NCBI GenBank assembly: GCA_020057115.1
Contig: JAGVGJ010000001.1
Location: forward strand, 12,164 to 76,163
Direction: 5' to 3'
DNA length: 64,000 nucleotides
Source: Candidatus Omnitrophota bacterium
GTDB lineage: Bacteria > Omnitrophota > Gorgyraeia > 2-01-FULL-45-10
In this document: positions 1 through 6,849 of the stretch, piece by piece
Position numbering within the stretch: the first letter of the stretch is position 1
How the letters are laid out: every line of letters begins with the position of its first letter
Made by a program: the position numbers and the translations under genes
The notes under the pieces: model-generated
Told to the model about the DNA's origin: nothing
Database searches by the model: none
Seen by the model: the letters and a program-made list of their open reading frames with translations, nothing else

Positions 1-70
1 AGAAAAATTCTTCGACCAGTTCATGCAGCGCTTCAAGAAAGAACTCGATGTCAGATATGAAAAACGATAG
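1..70 (+). CDS. 3' end of an upstream CDS (partial, ...EKFFDQFMQRFKKELDVRYEKR*)
   Basis: Open frame from position 2 to TAG at 68-70, overlapping the start of the next gene. Confidence 0.5.
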   Translation, partial: EKFFDQFMQRFKKELDVRYEKR

Positions 71-1568
71 ATTTTACAAGCGGCTTTTCGAGATCATTCC
101 CGGGTTGTTAACATGGGCAACCCTGATAGGGCTCCCCGTCCTTGCCGTAATAAAGCCGCTATGGGTAGCCATATTCGTAATAGTATTCGACCTCTACTGG
201 GCTGTAAGGGTCGGGTATCTCACGACCCTTATGCTATTTGCCTATAGAAAGCTTGAGAGGGAAAAGAAGATAGACTGGTTCTCGCGGTGCAGGACCATAG
301 GCACAGTGGGCGGGCTCGACTGGACCAATACATACCACGCGATATTGTTTCCGGCCTATAAAGAAGGGCATGATGTGATAGTCCCGTCTATAGAGGCGCT
401 TATCCATGCCAATTATCCAAAGGACAAAATGATCGTTATGATCAGCGTGGAGGAGAGGGCGGGAGAGAAGCCATGGGATGATGCCTGCGCCTTGAGGGAT
501 AAATACAAGAAAGAGTTCTTTGAATTTTTAGTGACCCGCCACCCCGACGGGATCAAAGGCGAGGTAAAGGCAAAAGGCGCCAATGCCACGTGGGGCGCCA
601 AGATATTGAAAGATTTCGTGGACCTGAAAGGCATAGATCATGAGCGCGTTATAATATCCTGTTTTGACGCGGACACATGCGCCGAGAAAGAATATTTCGG
701 CTGCCTCGCCTACCACTATATAACGAATCCGAGACGCACGCACTCAAGCTACCAGCCCATACCAGTATATAATAATAATATCTGGCATGCCCGCTCCATA
801 GCCCGCGTGCTGGAGATCGGGTCGACGTTCATGCAGATGATAGAGACGATGCGCTTAGAGAAGTTCGTGACATTTTCAAGTCATTCGATGAGCTTTAAGA
901 CGCTTGTCGACGTAGGATACTGGCCCCTCGACATGATATCAGACGATTCTGTCATATACTGGAAGTGCTTCCTGTATTTTAACGGCGACTATTCTGTCAT
1001 ACCGATGTATGTCACGGTCTCGATGGATGTCGCAACCTCGCCCAAGATCCTGCCGACGATAGTAAAACAATATAAACAGAAACGGCGTTGGGCGTGGGGG
1101 GTGGAGAATTTCCCGTATGTCATGATGGGCTTCATGGAGAATGACAGGATACCGCTCTTAAAGAAGGTCCGCCGCGCATTCAATATCCTGGAGAGCCATT
1201 ATACATGGGCGGTGTGGGCTATCATAATAACATTTATCGCGCCATTACCTATAATATTCGGGGGCGGCATATTCCGCCAAACGGCCATAGGGTACAATCT
1301 TCCGAGCATCGCCGCTGCGCTCTTCAGGATAACTATAATCACGCTCTTCATCTGCATGATCATAAGCATCAAGCTCCTGCCGCCGAGGCCGAAGGATGTC
1401 AAGCCTTCGAAGCGGCTCGTCATGACCACGCAGTGGCTCCTGGCGCCGTTCGTGGCCGCGACGATAGGGTCGATACCGGCCATCGACGCCCAGACGCGTC
1501 TCATGCTGGGCAAGTACATGCACTTCCAGGTCACAGAAAAATCCCGCCACGTACCGGTCCCCAAGTAG
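48..1568 (+). CDS. Membrane-embedded family 2 glycosyltransferase
   Basis: N- and C-terminal TM helices; PAYKE, KGAN, FDAD, SDD and QKRRW motifs (D,D,D,QxxRW signature). Confidence 0.85.
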   Translation: MSDMKNDRFYKRLFEIIPGLLTWATLIGLPVLAVIKPLWVAIFVIVFDLYWAVRVGYLTTLMLFAYRKLEREKKIDWFSRCRTIGTVGGLDWTNTYHAILFPAYKEGHDVIVPSIEALIHANYPKDKMIVMISVEERAGEKPWDDACALRDKYKKEFFEFLVTRHPDGIKGEVKAKGANATWGAKILKDFVDLKGIDHERVIISCFDADTCAEKEYFGCLAYHYITNPRRTHSSYQPIPVYNNNIWHARSIARVLEIGSTFMQMIETMRLEKFVTFSSHSMSFKTLVDVGYWPLDMISDDSVIYWKCFLYFNGDYSVIPMYVTVSMDVATSPKILPTIVKQYKQKRRWAWGVENFPYVMMGFMENDRIPLLKKVRRAFNILESHYTWAVWAIIITFIAPLPIIFGGGIFRQTAIGYNLPSIAAALFRITIITLFICMIISIKLLPPRPKDVKPSKRLVMTTQWLLAPFVAATIGSIPAIDAQTRLMLGKYMHFQVTEKSRHVPVPK

Positions 1569-1753
1569 AGATTTTTTCGGGCGTTAAGTTACGCCCCTCT
1601 CGGGATGGGAAAGGTGTCTTTACGCGAACGTTCCATTCCCAGAGGGAATGTCACTCGGAAGGGCGCGATTTTCGTTGAAAAATAGCGCCCTTCGACGTCG
1701 CTCCAAGACACCTTTCCCATCCCTCGGGGGCCCCTTTGAAGGCCGAAAAATCT
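1569..1753 (+). repeat. Nested palindromic element, family 1, copy A
   Basis: Ends agattttttcgg/ccgaaaaatct; stem gggatgggaaaggtgtctt/aagacacctttcccatccc; motif cttcgacgtcgctcca; homologous to 1933-2100, 45631-45812 and 56367-56537. Confidence 0.9.
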
Positions 1754-1778
1754 CCTCAGCAAAGAGGCTTTCGAGATG

Positions 1779-1907
1779 AGGGACGTTTCTAAATCTGATC
1801 TTGGGACGTTTGTAAATCTAATCCTGCACCTGTCCCCGATCATTTTAGGGGACAGGTGTGATCTTAAATTTAGGGACACGTGCAGGATGGAATTTAGAAA
1901 CGTCCCT
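1779..1907. repeat. GGGAC-ended nested palindrome (REP-like)
   Basis: agggacgtttctaaat (1779-1794) / atttagaaacgtccct (1892-1907); inner atcctgcac/gtgcaggat and cacctgtcccc/ggggacaggtg; direct copy gggacgtttgtaaat at 1803. Confidence 0.75.
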
Positions 1908-1932
1908 GAATTGCCTGCCAGTTTCCTTCTCT

Positions 1933-2100
1933 AGATTTTCGGCTCATGAGCGCCCTCGAGGGGCGGGGTGTCCTGGAGCGACGTCGAAGATCGCTAACTT
2001 ACAACGAAGTTAGCGATCTTCCGAGCGAACTTTCCTGCGGAAAGAGAGCGTTCGCGGAAGGACACCCCGTCCCGAGAGGGCTCAAGAGCTGCCGAAAATA
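1933..2100 (-). repeat. Nested palindromic element, family 1, copy B (inverted relative to A)
   Basis: Reverse complement aligns with copy A: ccctctcggga..ggtgtc..cgcgaacg..cgctcggaag[stem-loop]cttcgacgtcgctcca..gacacc. Confidence 0.9.
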
Positions 2101-2153
2101 TTTATCATTAATTTTTTCTTGAATTGCGCGGGATCATATGGTAAACTTTTGCC

Positions 2154-2348
2154 ATGAGCAAGTATATAGGAATAGCAATAGGCGTCGCTCTTACTGTCCT
2201 GGGGCTTGTAGCTTTGGTGGGATGGTGGAGCGATTTTATTTCTATAATCAAAGGCTCGATACCCGCAATAATAATATTCGCCGGCATCATCGCTCTGATC
2301 GCCGGGATAAGTCAGCTGCAGGACGAACTGGTAGATAAAAAGAAGTAA
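2154..2348 (+). CDS. Small two-TM membrane protein
   Basis: 64 aa with two hydrophobic helices; promoter-like ttgaat-N17-taaact directly upstream. Confidence 0.75.
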   Translation: MSKYIGIAIGVALTVLGLVALVGWWSDFISIIKGSIPAIIIFAGIIALIAGISQLQDELVDKKK

Positions 2349-2375
2349 AATTCCCGCGTTCTATCCCGTCGGTAA

Positions 2376-2422
2376 GCACTACTAATTGTGTTTTTCTCCG
2401 CCCAGACCACTACCCATAGTAT
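2376..2422 (+). promoter_or_regulatory. Tandem NrdR boxes
   Basis: gcactactaattgtgt (2376) and ccactacccatagtat (2407), 31 bp apart, match acaCwAtATaTwGtg; upstream of the RNR promoter ttgaca(2430)..tatact(2452). Confidence 0.7.
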
Positions 2423-2559
2423 TTTTTTCTTGACATTCCCGAAAGATAGGGTATACTAACCACGGTATTATTTAAATGACTAGATCCTTCGAAAATGCAG
2501 GCGCTTTAAAACGCTTTTCGAAAGGGCGATATAGATAACGATACAGTAAACCGGGGGCA

Positions 2560-4875
2560 GTGATGGATAAGTCAGGAAGCATCAATTCTCGTTTGTCCGA
2601 TAACGCGAAAAAGGTTTTGGATAAGAGGTATTTAAAGAAGGATGATAATGGCGCATGCCTTGAGACGCCGGAAGACATGTTCCGCCGCGTGGCCAGGAAC
2701 ATAGCCACGGCAGACTCGCATTACAAAAAGTCGAAAGAAGAGATCTTAAGGACCGAGGAAGAGTTCTTCGACATGATGACGAACCTCGAGTTCCTGCCGA
2801 ACTCGCCGACCCTCATGAACGCCGGCCGCGACCTGCAGCAGCTCTCGGCGTGTTTCGTCCTGTCGATAGACGACTCGATGGAGTCGATATTCGAAACGAT
2901 AAAAGACACAGCTATCATACATAAATCAGGCGGCGGCACAGGATTCAGCTTTTCCCGCTTAAGAGGCAAGAACATGCCGGTCCGATCGACGGGCGGCATA
3001 TCTAGCGGCCCGGTCTCATTCATGAAGGTATTCAATGCCGCGACCCAGGCGGTGAAACAGGGCGGCACTCGCCGCGGCGCCAACATGGGCATCTTGAGGG
3101 TGGACCATCCGGATATCGTTGAATTCATCACATGCAAAGAGAATGACAAGGAGATCACGAACTTCAATATCTCCGTAGCCCTGACCGAAGATTTCATGAG
3201 AAGGGCGAAGAATGACGAAGAGTATGACCTCATCGATCCGCGCTCCAAGAAATCCGTAGGAAAGCTTAAGGCGCGAGAGGTCTTCGACCTTATCGTCAAG
3301 ATGGCCTGGAAGAACGGCGAGCCGGGGATCATATTCATCGACAGGATGAACAGGGGCAACCCGACGCCAAAGCTCGGTGAGATAGAATCTACCAACCCGT
3401 GCGGCGAGCAGCCTCTGTTGCCTTACGAGAGCTGCAACCTCGGATCCGTTAATGTAGCTAAGATGATCTCCGACGGCAATATCGACTGGCGTAAGTTCGG
3501 CGTGACGATAAGGAAGGCCGTCCACTTCCTTGACAATGTCATAGACATGAACTCTTATCCTTTAAAGAGGATAGAGGATACCACTAAAGGCAACCGCAAG
3601 ATAGGCTTAGGCATAATGGGCTTTGCCGACATGCTTTATATGCTCGGCATACAGTATAATTCGGACGATGCGATAAAGCTCGGCGAGAAGATCATGAAGT
3701 TCACCCTGGACGAGGCGAGAGCCGTTTCCGAGGAGCTTGCCGAGGAGCGAGGCGCTTTCCCGAATTTCAAGAACAGCGTATTCGCCGTAGCCCGCGCGAA
3801 GCCCTTGAGGAACGCGACGCTCACCACGATCGCGCCCACGGGGACATTATCGATCATAGCCAACTGTTCGAGCGGCATAGAGCCGGTATTCGCCATCTCC
3901 TATATAAGGAATATAATGGACAACACCAAGCTCGTAGAGGTCCATCCGTATTTCCAGGAAGTGGCCGAGAAGAACGGCTTCTATTCGGTCGAGCTCATGA
4001 ACCTGATAGCCCAGAAGGGGACCATAAAGGGTTTTGACGAGATACCGGGCGATATCCAGAAGATGTTCGTGACAGCCCACGATATCGAGGCTGTATGGCA
4101 TGTCAGGATGCAGGCGGCATTCCAGAGGCATACAAATAACGCCGTATCCAAGACCGTGAATCTCCCGTCGCATGCCACTACCGATGACGTAAAAGAGGTA
4201 TACATGCAGGCGTATGAGAGCGACTGCAAGGGCGTCACCATCTACAGGGATAATTCAAGGGAAGAACAGGTATTGAACATACCGGCGCACCAGGGCGCAG
4301 GCGATAAGAAGGCCCAGGCCAGGCATAAGATAATACCAAGGCCTAGACCGACCGTAACAATAGGCACGACCGCCAAGGTGTCCACAGGCTGCGGTAACCT
4401 CTATATAACGATAAACCAGGATGAGCAGGGGCTCCCTTTCGAGGTCTTCATGCATATGGGGAAGGCCGGCGGCTGCGCGATGAGCCAGCTTGAGGCTATA
4501 GGCAGGCTCGTATCCCTGGCATTCAGGAGCGGTATAGAGACCAATGCCATAATAGAACAGCTGCGCGGCATAAGATGTCCCTCCCCGAGCTGGGAGAAGG
4601 GCGGCAGAATATTCTCATGCAGCGATGCTATAGCAAGGGCCATAGAGAAGAGTATCCACAAGAAGACCAAGCCGCTGGCCGAATTAACGGAAAATACGGC
4701 TTCCCAGGCGCCGGCTGCGCCTTCCGCGGATTCCGATAGCGCTACCCAGGCCTCAAGATCCACAGATATTGAAGTCGAAAGCATAGTGGGCGTGTGTCCT
4801 GATTGCGGCGGCGCCTTATGGCATATAGAAGGCTGTATGGTCTGCAAGTCTTGCGGCTATTCGAAGTGCGGATAA
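2560..4875 (+). CDS. nrdJ: Class II (B12-dependent) ribonucleotide reductase with C-terminal TSCPD/Zn-ribbon region
   Basis: PNSPTLMNAG, LSACFV, GGGTGF, TNPCGEQPL, TIAPTGT, SKTVN motifs; C-terminal CPDC..CxxC. Confidence 0.92.
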   Translation: MMDKSGSINSRLSDNAKKVLDKRYLKKDDNGACLETPEDMFRRVARNIATADSHYKKSKEEILRTEEEFFDMMTNLEFLPNSPTLMNAGRDLQQLSACFVLSIDDSMESIFETIKDTAIIHKSGGGTGFSFSRLRGKNMPVRSTGGISSGPVSFMKVFNAATQAVKQGGTRRGANMGILRVDHPDIVEFITCKENDKEITNFNISVALTEDFMRRAKNDEEYDLIDPRSKKSVGKLKAREVFDLIVKMAWKNGEPGIIFIDRMNRGNPTPKLGEIESTNPCGEQPLLPYESCNLGSVNVAKMISDGNIDWRKFGVTIRKAVHFLDNVIDMNSYPLKRIEDTTKGNRKIGLGIMGFADMLYMLGIQYNSDDAIKLGEKIMKFTLDEARAVSEELAEERGAFPNFKNSVFAVARAKPLRNATLTTIAPTGTLSIIANCSSGIEPVFAISYIRNIMDNTKLVEVHPYFQEVAEKNGFYSVELMNLIAQKGTIKGFDEIPGDIQKMFVTAHDIEAVWHVRMQAAFQRHTNNAVSKTVNLPSHATTDDVKEVYMQAYESDCKGVTIYRDNSREEQVLNIPAHQGAGDKKAQARHKIIPRPRPTVTIGTTAKVSTGCGNLYITINQDEQGLPFEVFMHMGKAGGCAMSQLEAIGRLVSLAFRSGIETNAIIEQLRGIRCPSPSWEKGGRIFSCSDAIARAIEKSIHKKTKPLAELTENTASQAPAAPSADSDSATQASRSTDIEVESIVGVCPDCGGALWHIEGCMVCKSCGYSKCG

Positions 4876-4933
4876 AGTATTGCCAAAATAGGATTTTGTG
4901 GTAGAATTATAACAATAACACAAAGGAGGTTTT

Positions 4934-5608
4934 ATGGATCGTTTGATGGTTATTGTTGCGGATCCGGTAAGAGCGATGCTGATCAAAGTATGGGGCTATG
5001 TCCCTACTGTTGTTGCCGCCATATTGATCCTTGTCGTGGGCTGGTTCATAGCCAAGCTCGTAGAGACGATCGTCGCAAGAGTCCTTAAGATGATCCGTCT
5101 TGACATGGCAAGCGAGAAGGCCGGGATTTCCAATATGCTGGCTCAGGGCGACATAAAGGCTACTTTGTCAGAGTTGATCGGCGCGATCATATATTGGGTG
5201 GTCATATTGATAGTTATAGCCACCGCTATGAACGCCATGAACCTGACTATAGCAGCGGATATCCTCACCAGGCTAGTCGCATACGTACCTAACATACTTG
5301 GGGCGATATTCGTAATAGTTCTCGGATCATTGCTTGCTACATTCATTGCCTCTATAGTGCGCACCACCGCAGGCAATGCCGGAATAGATAATGCGAAGAC
5401 CCTCTCCGAAGTGACGAAGATCGTCATAGTGGTATTTGCCATTATAATGGCGATAGAGCAGCTCGGGATAGGGGTAGCGATAATCAATCTTGCTGTCAGC
5501 ATAGTCCTGGCATCCATAGGGCTTGCGATAGCGATAGCATTCGGCCTCGGCTGCAAGGATCTTGCGGGCAAGGCGATAGCCGATATGTTGGGCAAGATGA
5601 AGAGATAA
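4934..5608 (+). CDS. TM-helix repeat membrane protein (MscS-associated/CmpX-like)
   Basis: Repeated YVPxxxxAI TM units, AFGLG motif; SD aaggagg. Confidence 0.75.
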   Translation: MDRLMVIVADPVRAMLIKVWGYVPTVVAAILILVVGWFIAKLVETIVARVLKMIRLDMASEKAGISNMLAQGDIKATLSELIGAIIYWVVILIVIATAMNAMNLTIAADILTRLVAYVPNILGAIFVIVLGSLLATFIASIVRTTAGNAGIDNAKTLSEVTKIVIVVFAIIMAIEQLGIGVAIINLAVSIVLASIGLAIAIAFGLGCKDLAGKAIADMLGKMKR

Positions 5609-5628
5609 TAGATTTTATAGTATTGATA

Positions 5629-5665
5629 ATAAGGGGCGCTTCACTCGAAGCGCCCCTTATATTTT
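5629..5665 (+). terminator. Intrinsic terminator
   Basis: ataaggggcgcttc-actc-gaagcgccccttat followed by atttt. Confidence 0.75.
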
Positions 5666-5759
5666 GAGGTTAGCGTAAGGTATGAAAAAATTTAGTTTTT
5701 ACCCCCTTGTTTTTGTTCCGCTATCAGGTATAGTTATATTGTCGGAAGAAAAGCTCTTT

Positions 5760-5857
5760 ATAAACTGATCAAAGGTAAACCCGGTGAAAGCCGGCGTCAC
5801 AAAACTATAGGGTCTAAATCTCTGGAGACAGGGACAAGACAGCCAGTTGCCGTTTAA
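5760..5857 (+). ncRNA. c-di-GMP-I (GEMM) riboswitch
   Basis: aaaggtaaac-ccggt-GAAA-gccgg..cacaaaac..gggtctaa..gacagccagttgccg matches the GEMM consensus; G at the position equivalent to Vc2 G20 suggests c-di-GMP rather than c-AMP-GMP specificity. Confidence 0.85.
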
Positions 5858-5886
5858 GCTTACGTCAAAGCCTGGATTGAATATCG

Positions 5887-5927
5887 ATCCCGATCTGCGT
5901 TCAAGACGTAGGTCGGGATTTTTTATT
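5887..5927 (+). terminator. Intrinsic terminator, probable riboswitch expression platform
   Basis: atcccgatctgcgt-tcaag-acgtaggtcgggat followed by tttttatt, 30 nt after the aptamer. Confidence 0.75.
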
Positions 5928-6070
5928 GAGCAGATAATTTATGGAGCCCGAAGGGCGACGTAAAGTATAGGCCGAAGGCCGTCTGCGAAATAATCCCGAA
6001 ATATACCGCTTAAAGGCACATAGTATGCAATACAAGATATATTTCGGGATATCACCATAAGGAGGGTTGT

Positions 6071-6172
6071 ATGGAATATAAATATGAACCAACGCAGCCG
6101 GAAGACGAAGGACAGTGCGATGAGTATTGTCCGTGCTGCGGTTATACGCAGTGCATATGCGGCAACGGATAG
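6071..6172 (+). CDS. Unannotated 33-aa Cys-rich microprotein MEYKYEPTQPEDEGQCDEYCPCCGYTQCICGNG
   Basis: Strong SD aaggagg at 6059-6065, 5 nt before ATG; six Cys; absent from the ORF track because of its length. Confidence 0.55.
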   Translation: MEYKYEPTQPEDEGQCDEYCPCCGYTQCICGNG

Positions 6173-6199
6173 CATCATAAAATTTTCTTCGCCTTAGTT

Positions 6200-6400
6200 C
6201 GGCGCCCCACCCAATGGTAGGTCTGTCGCTTGACGTTCGTTCGGATTAGCCATCCTCACTCACTCCGGAAAAATTTTGATGGCCGGTCAACCCTGACTAT
6301 AAGCAAAACTATAGACAGGTTTGCCCGGCCTTTCTATATCGGCATAAAGTATCAAAATTTTTCAACGGCCGCTCCAGACCCACCATTGGGTTGGGCGCCG
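6200..6400. repeat. Large nested palindrome (possible divergent family-1 member)
   Basis: cggcgccccacccaatggtaggtctg / cagacccaccattgggttgggcgccg; inner aaaaattttgat/atcaaaatttt and ggccggtcaaccctgactata/tatagacaggtttgcccggcc. Confidence 0.75.
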
Positions 6401-6422
6401 GCCTATGTCCTTATGGCAAGAA

Positions 6423-6688
6423 CAAACCCCGAACCCAATTTAGCACATTGAAAATGTTAGGCCTTTTGGAAGTAGAAAAATGGTTATATTTAACAATTTT
6501 TTGATAATAAAAGGACCGAGGATGTTTGAGGCCTCCTCCGGAGGCCGAGTTCCGCAAGCCGCCGTAGTATTCACCAGGCGGCAGCCCCCGAAGGGGGCTG
6601 GTCCCCATTTTTCTACTGAACAAAAGGCCGACCCTAGAGTTTAATTAGAGGGGGAACATTTTCAGTGATAAATTGGGTTCAGGGTTTG
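6423..6688. repeat. Large nested palindrome with internal multi-hairpin junction
   Basis: caaaccccgaacccaatttagcacattgaaaatgtt / aacattttcagtgataaattgggttcagggtttg; ggccttttggaagtagaaaaatgg / ccatttttctactgaacaaaaggcc; inner hairpins such as cagcccccgaagggggctg. Confidence 0.75.
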
Positions 6689-6849
6689 GGATATCTCGTA
6701 TAGAGTGCGGGATATCCCTACGTTCGCGTAAGATACCCCGCCTTTTTGGAACACAGGTATCTCGAGAGGCCCGCCTTAAGATGCGTGAAATTTTGGTTTC
6801 GAGCCGCATGCTTTTGTGTTAGAATAGATGCCTAAATTGGAGGTAATTT

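Noticed and set aside
1589-1879. Short ORFs sharing peptides such as GKVSWSDVEGR (1589-1879, 45557-45851, 52750-52938, 56314-56593)
   Set aside because: They are translations of the family-1 palindrome in various frames, with no consistent start, SD or length
1569-2100. CRISPR array
   Set aside because: No equal-length direct repeats with unique spacers and no cas genes; the repeats are long inverted structures
2460-2560. Cobalamin riboswitch before nrdJ
   Set aside because: Only a simple hairpin (ccttcgaaaa/ttttcgaaagg); no B12-box or GGGAA/ACTG core, and the leader is too short
5941-5970. Nine-codon ORF MEPEGRRKV directly after the riboswitch terminator
   Set aside because: No SD; it coincides with two GAAG-loop mini-hairpins and is more likely structural
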